Shown here: positions 38,307 through 47,583 of the stretch, in pieces | How the letters are laid out: each line of letters begins with the position of its first letter | Numbering within the stretch: the stretch's first letter is position 1 | Assembly (NCBI GenBank): GCA_030693205.1 | Contig: JAUYBG010000006.1 | Span: 4,015-68,014 of the forward strand | Direction of reading: 5' to 3' | DNA from: a bacterium | GTDB taxonomy: Bacteria; Patescibacteriota; Minisyncoccia; JAHIHE01 | DNA: 64,000 nt | Notes under the pieces: generated by a model | The model's input: the letters and a program-made list of their open reading frames with translations, nothing else | What the model was told of the DNA's origin: nothing | The model's database searches: none | Position numbers and translations under genes: made by a program

Positions 38307-39965
38307 TCATTCCCCGTGCGGAATGTCAAGGGTTATACTCACGTTCTTTTCTATGCTTGGTATTTTTTTGACCCAAAACGGCCACAAATTAACACTGACC
38401 TTGTTTATATCAGGATAGTTATTTTTAACATATTCCTCCAATTCTTCCTTGCTCTTTCCGACTATTTTTGCGCGCATCTCGCTTTCGTTGATCAAATTGA
38501 ACGCATTGGCATGCGATTGAGCGGATAATTTGATCGTATCCGAACCGATTATCAGGGCATCTCCATATTCTAATCCGTTATCAATAAGGACAAAATTTTT
38601 CTTTTCTTCGTTTATTTCTTTCAAAATGCTCTTGGCAATTTCTTTAACATCGTTTAAATTAAACAGGAAAGCGATCGCGGATATTTTCAAACTTGCTTTA
38701 AATTTATTCGCTGGCTGATCAATGCTAAGCGGGGAAATCAGCTCTCCGCTTTTTACGCTTATCGCCTGATCGATCATTGTCAGATCGGATGGTTTTTTAT
38801 CATTCAATTGGGAAACAATATCTTTTTTTGCCTCTTCTTCTAGGAAGTCTTTTGCTTTTTTAAAATCATCCGCGGATATTACCGTTGTAAACCCCGAAGC
38901 GCCTCCGGAAGTGGCCGTTACGGACTTCGCGTATATTTTAATATATTTCGCAGTGCCTTTAAATCCCGGAATAGTAAAATCAGCAGGTTCAATATTGTAA
39001 TCGGGACCGGATTCGGAAGCGACTATCGGCACATCGATCTTTCCCGGAACATCGCTGCCCGCTTCATCTCTAATAAATCCCGGCACTGTTACGCTGTCTG
39101 TTATTTTAAATATCTTGCCGTCAGTGGTAGAAAGCCTGGTGTTTTCCACCAATTTCTGGGGAAACGAAGACCATTCATTGTAAATGGTTACTGTACCGGT
39201 AGCATTGCTTGTTATCTGCTTTTTGCCTGTAGCTGTGAATTGTCCGTCCTTTTCAATATTAGCGGATATTACTGTCGCGGGAATTTTCTTATTTTCGATA
39301 TCCACTTCTTTGACGTTTCTATCGATTATAAAATCAAAACTTGTGTTGATCGGATTGGCTTTGGGAGTAATTACTATTTTTGCTGTCGGCAACAGAACAT
39401 ACCCCGCTACCCCCACCGCTATGATCACCATTATAATAAATGCTATAAAAATGTTTCTGCTTGTCCGGGGAACTTGAAATTTTACCGCCTCTTCTTCGAG
39501 TTTTTCAGTTTCATCGAATTCTTCAAATCTTTTTTCCATCTTAGGAGGCAACGGCTCCTCTAAGATTTCCGGCGCTTGTTTCCGGGGAAGTTCGCGTTGA
39601 TAAGATAAATCTACCGGACCCTTGCTCCAGACAATTGAATCAACCAGTCTTGGTTTATGCGTAAAACTATTGGCATTAACGGCGTATTTTGCTTTAGTTT
39701 CATCGCCACTGTCCTTTTTCTCGGCTACCTTTAGATTTATTCCGGAATTTTCAACTAATATTTTTACCGCTTCATCGACAGTGGAAACCGATATGCTCTT
39801 ATTGAGATTCTCGGCGATCTTCTTGAACATCTTTAGGTTTACAACGCTTAAAACAGGAACGGTTCTTGATAAAACCAATAAATTAATTTCTTTTTCCTGG
39901 CTCGACTTAATTTTTCCGGCAATGATATCAACAGTATCCTCATTGCTTAAATAAATTGTTTGCAT
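38307..39965 (-). CDS. Single-pass membrane protein with a baseplate J-like extracellular region
   Basis: Cytoplasmic N-domain, TM, LP.AKIVITP, ATG.VTIYN...L...TRL...DG..F, G..YNI, C-terminal WPFWV..IP. Confidence 0.65.
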   Translation of the reverse strand: MQTIYLSNEDTVDIIAGKIKSSQEKEINLLVLSRTVPVLSVVNLKMFKKIAENLNKSISVSTVDEAVKILVENSGINLKVAEKKDSGDETKAKYAVNANSFTHKPRLVDSIVWSKGPVDLSYQRELPRKQAPEILEEPLPPKMEKRFEEFDETEKLEEEAVKFQVPRTSRNIFIAFIIMVIIAVGVAGYVLLPTAKIVITPKANPINTSFDFIIDRNVKEVDIENKKIPATVISANIEKDGQFTATGKKQITSNATGTVTIYNEWSSFPQKLVENTRLSTTDGKIFKITDSVTVPGFIRDEAGSDVPGKIDVPIVASESGPDYNIEPADFTIPGFKGTAKYIKIYAKSVTATSGGASGFTTVISADDFKKAKDFLEEEAKKDIVSQLNDKKPSDLTMIDQAISVKSGELISPLSIDQPANKFKASLKISAIAFLFNLNDVKEIAKSILKEINEEKKNFVLIDNGLEYGDALIIGSDTIKLSAQSHANAFNLINESEMRAKIVGKSKEELEEYVKNNYPDINKVSVNLWPFWVKKIPSIEKNVSITLDIPHGE

Positions 39966-39990
39966 AGCTCTATTATACTACAAAAATGAT

Positions 39991-41892
39991 TTATTCCAAA
40001 ATCGCCTTGATTCTCCGCACTCCCGCGGAGCTGGCTTCTTCTTTTTTTATTTTGAATTTGCCCAAAACTCCGGTATTGGCCGCGTGCGGACCGCCGCAGA
40101 TCTCGCGCGAGAATATGCCGGTTCTCTCGTCGCCGATCGTATAAACTTTTACCCGCTCGCCGTATTTGATTTCAAAAATACCCATTGCGCCAAGCCGTTT
40201 CGCGTCTTCCAGGCTCATTTCTTCTAAGCCGACAAGAAGATTTTTTTGTATTTGCTCATTCACAATATCTTCCACTTTTTTAATTTCTTCCTTAGTCATT
40301 TTTTCCGAATGCGAAAAATCAAAGCGCATTCTTTCGGCCGTGATATTGCTTCCGCGCTGATAAATATTCTCGCCCAAAACTTTTCTCAAAGCAGCGAGTA
40401 AAAGATGCGTCGCAGTATGATATTTGGCAGTTTGCTCGCTATGATCAGCCAAACCGCCTTTGAATTTTCCAGCCGAAGCGGTGCGGGAAAGACTCTGATG
40501 CTTTTTAAACTCTTCGTCAAATTCTTCTTTATTATACGTCATCTGATAGTGCGCCAATTCTTCTTTAACTAATTCCGGGGGGAAACCGTAGCTCTGGTAT
40601 AGGTCAAAAGCGTCTTTCCCCGGAATCATGCTGACAAAATCGGTATTATTATCCTTGAGAATTTTGGCGATTCCCGAGGTACAACTTTTTTCTTTTTTTG
40701 ATACATATTCTTTCAATTTTCTTAATCCCGTTTCCAAAGTTTTTTCAAATTTCTCTTCTTCGTTTTTTATTTCATCCAGCATCTTGTTTTTACTCTTTTT
40801 TAAATCCGAATAATTTTCTTTGTAAATATTGTTTACCGCTTCTGCCAATGGCGTAAGAAAGTTTGCTGGCATTTCCAGCGTTTTGCCATGCCTAATCGCC
40901 CTTCTTAATAATCTTCTTAAAATATACCCTCTTTCAACGTTTAACGGCACAACTCCGTCAGAGATCATAAATACCGAAGCACGAATATGGTCAGCGATTA
41001 TTCTGAACTCTTTTTTATAATCTTGATAATTTTTACCGGAAATCTCTCCAATTTTTCCAATAAGCGGAATAAACACATCAGTCTCATAAACATTGCTGTA
41101 TCCGTTCAAAATCGCCAGTGTCCGCTCCATTCCCATTCCTGTATCGACATTTTTCTGCGCCAGCGGCACGAACTTTCCTTCCGCGGTTTTGTTGTACTGC
41201 ATAAAAACATTATTCCAAATTTCCACATATCGGCCGCATTTGCAGCCGGGACGGCAATCATCTCCACTGGGACATTTTTCAAGATTAACCGGCTTTTCCA
41301 GATCAATAAAAATCTCCGTATCCGGCCCGCAAGGCCCGGTAATGCCTGCCGGTCCCCACCAATTATCTTCTTTGGGCAATGGAAAAATTCTCGCAGTTTT
41401 GGCGTTTTTGTCTTCCTTCGCGTAAACTTCAGCCTTTATCTTGAACTTTTCAAAACATTCCTGCCAAATTTTGATCGATTCATCGTCTCTTGGAGCGTCT
41501 TTATCCCCTTCGAAAACCGTGACTTTTATTCTTTTAGGATCGATCCCCAGCCATTTTTTATCAGTCAAAAATTCCCAGCTCCAGCGAATTGATTCGTCCT
41601 TAAAATAATCTCCCAGCGACCAATTTCCCAGCATCTCAAAAAAAGTATTGTGCGTGCTGTCGCCCACATCATCAATATCGCCCGTCCTGACGCATTTTTG
41701 CACATTCACGAGCCTCTTGCCTGCCGGATGATTTTCCCCCAGCAAATAAGGCACCAGCGGATGCATTCCCGCGGTGGTGAATAAAACAGTCGGATCGTTT
41801 TCCGGCACAAGCGAAGCTGAAGGTATTTCCACGTGCCCTTTGCTTTTGAAAAATTCTATATATTTTTTCCTTAAATCTTTTGAGGTGATCAT
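39991..41892 (-). CDS. alaS: Alanine--tRNA ligase (lacks the C-Ala domain)
   Basis: LFTTAGMHP, FFEMLGNWS, GPCGPDTE, DTGMGMER, HTATHLL, EICGGPH, AGVRRIKA. Confidence 0.96.
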   Translation of the reverse strand: MITSKDLRKKYIEFFKSKGHVEIPSASLVPENDPTVLFTTAGMHPLVPYLLGENHPAGKRLVNVQKCVRTGDIDDVGDSTHNTFFEMLGNWSLGDYFKDESIRWSWEFLTDKKWLGIDPKRIKVTVFEGDKDAPRDDESIKIWQECFEKFKIKAEVYAKEDKNAKTARIFPLPKEDNWWGPAGITGPCGPDTEIFIDLEKPVNLEKCPSGDDCRPGCKCGRYVEIWNNVFMQYNKTAEGKFVPLAQKNVDTGMGMERTLAILNGYSNVYETDVFIPLIGKIGEISGKNYQDYKKEFRIIADHIRASVFMISDGVVPLNVERGYILRRLLRRAIRHGKTLEMPANFLTPLAEAVNNIYKENYSDLKKSKNKMLDEIKNEEEKFEKTLETGLRKLKEYVSKKEKSCTSGIAKILKDNNTDFVSMIPGKDAFDLYQSYGFPPELVKEELAHYQMTYNKEEFDEEFKKHQSLSRTASAGKFKGGLADHSEQTAKYHTATHLLLAALRKVLGENIYQRGSNITAERMRFDFSHSEKMTKEEIKKVEDIVNEQIQKNLLVGLEEMSLEDAKRLGAMGIFEIKYGERVKVYTIGDERTGIFSREICGGPHAANTGVLGKFKIKKEEASSAGVRRIKAILE

Positions 41893-42161
41893 TTTTTTGC
41901 TATATATGCTCTTTTTTGCCGCATTGCATTTTGATTTAGATCGAATTCTTCTGTTTTTAAAACTTTCAACCGCGTCTCTGCCGCTTCAAGAGCCATTTTA
42001 GCCCTTGAAAAATCTTGCTGAAATTTCCTGATCTGAATGTTCAAGTTTAAAATTTCATTCCTTACCCGGCGCAAACCCTCATCGGTTTGCTGCAAGTCTA
42101 TCTGCATCCTAAGCTTTGAGCTTAAAGCTTCGTCTTTATCATCAATAATGTCATCATTCAT
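41889..42161 (-). CDS. Coiled-coil hypothetical protein
   Basis: 90-aa heptad-rich ORF overlapping the alaS start by 4 bp. Confidence 0.6.
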   Translation of the reverse strand: MNDDIIDDKDEALSSKLRMQIDLQQTDEGLRRVRNEILNLNIQIRKFQQDFSRAKMALEAAETRLKVLKTEEFDLNQNAMRQKRAYIAKK

Positions 42162-42228
42162 AAGTATATTTTATGCAAAATTATGTAGATTATTACCATT
42201 ATATCTTTTTTCTTAAAAACTAACAAGT

Positions 42229-44256
42229 TTAGTTTACTTTATAAATTTTTATATCGCCTTCCTGAAAAACCACTGGATAATTTTCTGTAAAAAATTGCTC
42301 GTTAAAATTCGGCATAGATCTTTCGGCAGCGCCGATAAAAATATAACTAACGGAGTACTTTTTTAACAAATCTTTCGTGCCGGCTGAACCGCGATAAATT
42401 TCCATAATATCTTTTTCCCGCGCCTGATATTTGATCCCGTGCGACCAAAGCCAGCCGGGATACCCCATCACGACAGGCCTGCCGGCCAAAGAATTCACCG
42501 GATTTAAATGAGAAGTGCCGGTTAAAATTATATCATTTGATAAAGTATTATTTATAATCCATTCCGCCGCCTTTTGCTCTTTAGCGCCAAAAATCTCGTA
42601 AAACGGCGGTCCGGCGAATGAAGATCGCGAAAAGGTATCAATTAAGCCGACAAAAATCATAAAAAATGTCAAAATAACTGCAATAAGTTTGTTAAACTTA
42701 AATTTCCATTGCTCAAAAAAATAAACAATGATTACGCTTCCCAACAAATAAAAATAACCAAAGATCTTACCGTTATCATAATCCCACGGCTGGAATTTTA
42801 TTGTATTTACAACAATAAAAATAAAAAACCCGCTAAAGATCAGCCCGAACACAGAATCTTTTTTCCGCCAAAGATCATTTTTTTTGTAAATAAAATAAAT
42901 TATTGCGGCGATCAAAAGCGGAAAAAACAAACCGAAATTTTCCCACAAATAAGAAATCCAGGCGCCTACCGGTGAACCGCCTGCCGGATTATACTGTATA
43001 GAGCCGATTCCTCCCGACTCACTCATCCATCCTAGTCGAAAAGTTAAAAAATTCACTCCAGAAGAAAAATCAAGAATAAAAAAATATGATATCAGAAACC
43101 CAATTATTGTGCCGGTTAAAATCGTATTAAATAAATTTTTCGCCAAAGATTTTTCGCGAATAAAAATTTTCCAAACATAAAAACCAAAAACAATAAGCAA
43201 AATCGCGATAAAACTATGCATGTGAATTAAAGGCAGAAATCCGATCAAAAGTCCAATGAAATAAAAATATTTTTTATGTCCATTTTTAAGCGCCTCACTC
43301 AAAACATATAAAATCATCGCACCTGCCGCAAAGCCAAAAAAGAATGATCTTTGGTGCGTAAGAAACATGGTCGTAAAACTTGACCAAATATTATTTTGCG
43401 CCGGAAAAACCGCATTATAAAAAACCACGATCGGATACGGAAGATGCAAAATATAATTAATTATCCCTCCAATACTGCTTTTTTCCCAAAGCAAGCTATC
43501 TTGAAAAATTTTTATAAATTCCGCTCCCGAACCAAGAAACATAATCAAAAAAGCCAAGATCCGCATCGCGACAGTTTTAATAAACGCGGAAATAAATTTA
43601 TAAATAAAGAAAAAGCCCGTAAAAAACAAAATGTACGAAGGTAAATTAAAAGATAAAATATAATTGCCGCTTAAAACATAAAAAACGCCGCTCAAAAGAT
43701 TAATTAAAAAAGCGTAAACAAGCTTACTGCCTAAATAAATCGGTTCCTCAAGCGCAAATGGATTGTTATGGATAAAATAGCTAACCTCGGCCATATGAAA
43801 CGGTATATCTCCGTATCCCGCAAACGCAACTTTATAAGCACCATCCTGGTAAACTATTGTTTTGGAAAATATATCAAAGAAAAATAATAGAAATAATAGA
43901 AAAAAAATTATTTCCGGCCAAGAAATTTCTTTTAGCTTTCCAATCAAAAAACTCGTATTTAATTCTTTGGAACTTATCGCGCTTTTTAGTTTTTTAAAAT
44001 TTATAAATCCGAAATATACGCTATAAATCCCGCCTAACGCCATAAAGATCCATACAGCGGTGGCGAAATTACCGGTTAAAATGCTTGCGAATAAAATAAA
44101 ATATCCCATCACTACCAGCCCAACAACAAAAGCCATTGGTAAAATTTCAATTTTTTTTGCTTTATCCGCAAGAAAAAAAATACCAATCGAATAACCGGTT
44201 ATAAATACTATAATTAAAGCGATAAAAATAAAAAACATAAACAAAAAATTACTCAA
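42229..44256 (-). CDS. Polytopic membrane protein, GT-C glycosyltransferase-like
   Basis: About 14 TM; YGDIPFH loop, PWDYDNGK, LAGRPVVMGYPGWLWSHG, YIFIG..ER. Confidence 0.7.
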   Translation of the reverse strand: MSNFLFMFFIFIALIIVFITGYSIGIFFLADKAKKIEILPMAFVVGLVVMGYFILFASILTGNFATAVWIFMALGGIYSVYFGFINFKKLKSAISSKELNTSFLIGKLKEISWPEIIFFLLFLLFFFDIFSKTIVYQDGAYKVAFAGYGDIPFHMAEVSYFIHNNPFALEEPIYLGSKLVYAFLINLLSGVFYVLSGNYILSFNLPSYILFFTGFFFIYKFISAFIKTVAMRILAFLIMFLGSGAEFIKIFQDSLLWEKSSIGGIINYILHLPYPIVVFYNAVFPAQNNIWSSFTTMFLTHQRSFFFGFAAGAMILYVLSEALKNGHKKYFYFIGLLIGFLPLIHMHSFIAILLIVFGFYVWKIFIREKSLAKNLFNTILTGTIIGFLISYFFILDFSSGVNFLTFRLGWMSESGGIGSIQYNPAGGSPVGAWISYLWENFGLFFPLLIAAIIYFIYKKNDLWRKKDSVFGLIFSGFFIFIVVNTIKFQPWDYDNGKIFGYFYLLGSVIIVYFFEQWKFKFNKLIAVILTFFMIFVGLIDTFSRSSFAGPPFYEIFGAKEQKAAEWIINNTLSNDIILTGTSHLNPVNSLAGRPVVMGYPGWLWSHGIKYQAREKDIMEIYRGSAGTKDLLKKYSVSYIFIGAAERSMPNFNEQFFTENYPVVFQEGDIKIYKVN

Positions 44257-44330
44257 AATATTTTATTAACGATGCCCCCATTAGATTTTAAAGCGCATTT
44301 TGGCGATTCAACGCTGAAAAAAACTACAAA

Positions 44331-45470
44331 TTACAAACTAATTATTCCGCCACCCAGCGCTTCTTCTCCTTTATAAAAAACCACCGACTGTCCGGACGTC
44401 ATAGCACGCTGAGGAACAGCGAACTTCACTTCATACTTCCCCTTTTCTAGCGGCTTCACTATTGCCTCTTCCAGCTTATGCCTATAGCGAATTGTCGCTT
44501 GGCATTTTGCCGAGCTCGAAGGCATTTTACCGCTTATCCAGTTGACGCTTTCGGCTATCAAATCTTTCCGATACAGCAATTTATCCTCGGTATCAGAAGT
44601 TACGATAAGCTCGTGCGTTTTATAATCCATCTTTACCGCATAATACGGCTTTCCCCCGCCAATACCCAAACCATGCCGCTGGCCGACAGTAAAAAGCGGC
44701 AAACCCGAATGTGTTCCGAGAACTTTTCCGGCGGTATCGATAATCTTTCCCGGAGTCAAATCAAGATATTCGCTAATAAATCTTCTTACATCGTTGTCCG
44801 ATATAAAACATATTTCCTGGCTCTCGGGCCGATTCCACACAGGAAGATCAAGTTTCTTCGCCATTTTCCTAACATCGGTTTTTAAATGATCGCCAATGGG
44901 AAATAAATACTTGGCCAATTGCGCTTGCGTTAGATTATACAAGAAATAACTCTGGTCTTTGTTCCTGTCCTTCGCCTTAAGTAATTTATAAACTGGAATT
45001 TGGTTTTTGTTTGGGATTTGGGATTTGGGATTTGGGATTTCCCGCTTTATGCGCGCATAGTGCCCTGTCGCCACGGCATCCGCGCCAAAACTTTCCGCTT
45101 TTTCCAGCAAAAGCTTGAATTTTATTTCCTTATTGCAAACCACGCAAGGATTGGGCGTAGCGCCTTTTTTTAATTCGCTTAAAAAATGATCAACCACCGC
45201 TTTTTTAAATTCTTCGGCAACATTCAGCGTGTAAAACGGAATACCGATTTTTTCGCATACCCCGCGCGCCATTTTTTCCGCTTCCAGCGAACAGCAGCGA
45301 TTTACAAATTCATCCAGTTTTTGCCCGTCTTTCGGCGTTTCAAACCAAAAATGCATAAATACTCCCATAACGTCATAACCCTGCTTTGCGAGCAGGGCGG
45401 CAGCCACGGAACTATCCACGCCGCCGCTCATCGCGACGGCAATTTTAATTTTTTTCTTAGTTAAATTCAT
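44331..45470 (-). CDS. mnmA: tRNA 2-thiouridylase MnmA (likely start 45470)
   Basis: AMSGGVDSS, TPNPCVVCN, ATGHY, KDQSYFL, ESQEICF, TVGQRHG, GQSVVFY. Confidence 0.96.
   Translation of the reverse strand: MNLTKKKIKIAVAMSGGVDSSVAAALLAKQGYDVMGVFMHFWFETPKDGQKLDEFVNRCCSLEAEKMARGVCEKIGIPFYTLNVAEEFKKAVVDHFLSELKKGATPNPCVVCNKEIKFKLLLEKAESFGADAVATGHYARIKREIPNPKSQIPNKNQIPVYKLLKAKDRNKDQSYFLYNLTQAQLAKYLFPIGDHLKTDVRKMAKKLDLPVWNRPESQEICFISDNDVRRFISEYLDLTPGKIIDTAGKVLGTHSGLPLFTVGQRHGLGIGGGKPYYAVKMDYKTHELIVTSDTEDKLLYRKDLIAESVNWISGKMPSSSAKCQATIRYRHKLEEAIVKPLEKGKYEVKFAVPQRAMTSGQSVVFYKGEEALGGGIISL
45011..45040. repeat. (TTGGGAT)4 heptamer tandem inside mnmA
   Basis: ttgggatttgggatttgggatttgggattt; encodes part of EIPNPKSQIPNKNQIP. 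Confidence 0.9.
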
Positions 45471-45477
45471 TTTTTTA

Positions 45478-45747
45478 TTACTTCTTCCAATATTCGTCCG
45501 CTTCTTTCTCAAGCTTTTCCAAGCGCGTATAATAATCAGAAAACTCATTAAGATGAGCGAGAGCGATCTTGCCAGTTATGATCGGGTCGTCGTCCGTAAC
45601 ATTTGTTTTTGGATCCACTAATCCATGCTCAAGCTCGACGTCGAGTCCCATTCGAAACTGCTCAACATTATATTTATCCCATTTAATACCAAAGCTTTCA
45701 CCAATGGTTTTTGCTTCCTCGGTTGTAAAATGTTTGTTATCTGGCAT
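45478..45747 (-). CDS. DUF5661-like small protein (likely start 45747)
   Basis: EQFRMGLDVELEHG...TNVT.DD...TGKIALAHLNE..DYY.RL. Confidence 0.75.
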   Translation of the reverse strand: MPDNKHFTTEEAKTIGESFGIKWDKYNVEQFRMGLDVELEHGLVDPKTNVTDDDPIITGKIALAHLNEFSDYYTRLEKLEKEADEYWKK

Positions 45748-45754
45748 ATTATAA

Positions 45755-46021
45755 TTATTTATTTTTTTCAAAACTATAGCCGCATTTTTCGGGCGTGATC
45801 CATTCTTGCTTGGTGCGCGGATATTTTCGGCACTGTAAAAACCGATATTTCCAGATCGCGCAATAACTTTTTCCTTTCCCGTCAAAACGCAAAAAAAGAC
45901 ATTTCACCGGCAACTGGCAACACGCGCCGCAATTAGCGCATTCACCCCGCCGATTTTCCGCCACCGAAAAAAAAGACATTATCGACCGATACAGTTTGCT
46001 CTTAAAATTATTTTGCATCAT
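45755..46021 (-). CDS. Small Cys-cluster (YkgJ-like CxxCxxCC) protein
   Basis: CANCGACC...CLFL...CAIW..R...CRKYP...CGY. Confidence 0.7.
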   Translation of the reverse strand: MMQNNFKSKLYRSIMSFFSVAENRRGECANCGACCQLPVKCLFLRFDGKGKSYCAIWKYRFLQCRKYPRTKQEWITPEKCGYSFEKNK

Positions 46022-46076
46022 AAACCAATAAAATTTAAATCACTAAGATTAACGTAATACTACTTCCGGGTTTTAT

Positions 46077-46526
46077 TTAAAACTTCTCTTTCCCTCTTTT
46101 CCCTTTCCTAAATTCATTTTTAAGCCACGCCAACGGCGAAAGTCCTTTTATTTTTTTCCAAATCAGCGCTGCCCGATGCTTTCTCGAAATAAAACCTTTT
46201 TTCTGGCTTTCTATGTTCATTTCAAGCTTATCGCGCACCTCATCGATCGCTTGATATAAATCTTCCGCCTGCGCTTCCGCTCTGATAAGATGCTTGGGAA
46301 AAGTTAAAGTTGCCATAGCGATAAAAATCTTCCCGCTTTTGTGATGATGCGTCAAAACACCGACTTCCACATCAGCAATTGATACCGAATGGCTGCTGCT
46401 TTCTTCTTTTTCCCCGGTAGAACCGCCCAAAATGGAGAATTTTTCCAATCCGCCGATTTTGTTATTAATGTAATCTTTTATTGTCTCGGTTAATTCTAAA
46501 TTCTTGCCTCTGATGGTAATGCGCAT
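46077..46526 (-). CDS. hpf: Ribosome hibernation factor HPF/RaiA
   Basis: MRITIRGKNLELT..IKDY...K, IRAE...EDLYQAID. Confidence 0.88.
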   Translation of the reverse strand: MRITIRGKNLELTETIKDYINNKIGGLEKFSILGGSTGEKEESSSHSVSIADVEVGVLTHHHKSGKIFIAMATLTFPKHLIRAEAQAEDLYQAIDEVRDKLEMNIESQKKGFISRKHRAALIWKKIKGLSPLAWLKNEFRKGKRGKEKF

Positions 46527-46565
46527 ATTTTCAGGTTAAAAATTAAAGATTAAAAGTGTAAAATT

Positions 46566-47522
46566 TTAGAACCCCACATATTGTATTTCCTCCTCAAGCT
46601 GTATGCCAAAATTAACACGAATTTTCTGTTTAATCAAGCTTATCAGCATTATTACGTCTTCGGCTTTAGCCCCGCCAGTATTAATAATAAAATTCCCATG
46701 CTCCTTGGAAACCATTGCTCCGCCGATTTTTTTGCCCAGCAAGCCATATTCTTCAATCAACCACCCTGCCGGTATTTTTTCTATTGCTTTAAATTCTTCC
46801 AATTCAGGATATCGTTCAGTTAATTTCTCGAAAACTCTTTGATTTTCCTTTATTAGCGGATTTTTAAACACGCTACCGGCGCTTGGACCGGCAGGATGCC
46901 TTCCTTGCCGTTTCGCAACATATTCTTTTATTATTTTTTCACTCTCCAGTTTATCGCCTTTTTTCAGTTTTAAAACCGCGCTTAAAATAATATATTTTTT
47001 TTCTTTGAACGCACTGCTGCGATAATCAAACTTGCATTCCTCTCCGGCCAAAACCTCTTCCTTCAAATTATCAGAATTAAGGACTTTTACGCTTTTCACA
47101 AATTCACCAATCGAATGATTAAACGCCCCGGCATTACCATAGATCGCTCCGCCAATTGTTCCCGGAATCCCTATCAAACACTCCAGCCCGATTAATTCAT
47201 TTTTAACGGTTTCATTCACTATTTTTCCCAAAGGAACTCCGCTCTCGCAAATAACTTCTTCAGCTTGTATCTTATGATCGGTATTTTGCAGTTTGATCAC
47301 CAATCCGTCAAACCCTTTATCTGAGACCAAAATATTGCTTCCACTTCCTATTACATAATAAGGTAGTTTTAATCCTTTGGCAAATTGCATCGCTTGTTTG
47401 ATTTCCAAGGCGGTTTTTGCCGCATAAAAATATTTTGCCGGTCCGCCGATCTTAAAAGTGGTATATGGCGCCAGTGGAATATTTTCTTGAACATTTTTTA
47501 ATAAATTTTTAATAACAGTCAT
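46566..47522 (-). CDS. murB: UDP-N-acetylenolpyruvoylglucosamine reductase (likely start 47522)
   Basis: YTTFKIGGPA, GSGSNIL, GIPGTIGGA..GNAGA, SAGSVFKNP, HGNFIIN, LEEE. Confidence 0.96.
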   Translation of the reverse strand: MTVIKNLLKNVQENIPLAPYTTFKIGGPAKYFYAAKTALEIKQAMQFAKGLKLPYYVIGSGSNILVSDKGFDGLVIKLQNTDHKIQAEEVICESGVPLGKIVNETVKNELIGLECLIGIPGTIGGAIYGNAGAFNHSIGEFVKSVKVLNSDNLKEEVLAGEECKFDYRSSAFKEKKYIILSAVLKLKKGDKLESEKIIKEYVAKRQGRHPAGPSAGSVFKNPLIKENQRVFEKLTERYPELEEFKAIEKIPAGWLIEEYGLLGKKIGGAMVSKEHGNFIINTGGAKAEDVIMLISLIKQKIRVNFGIQLEEEIQYVGF

Positions 47523-47583
47523 GGTCTGTTTCTTTACTTTTAAAATTATCTCACAATTGTAATAAAGTTTCAATAAAACAGTA

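Noticed and set aside
38307-39965. Prophage or contractile injection system
   Set aside because: A single membrane-anchored gene with no other phage structural genes.
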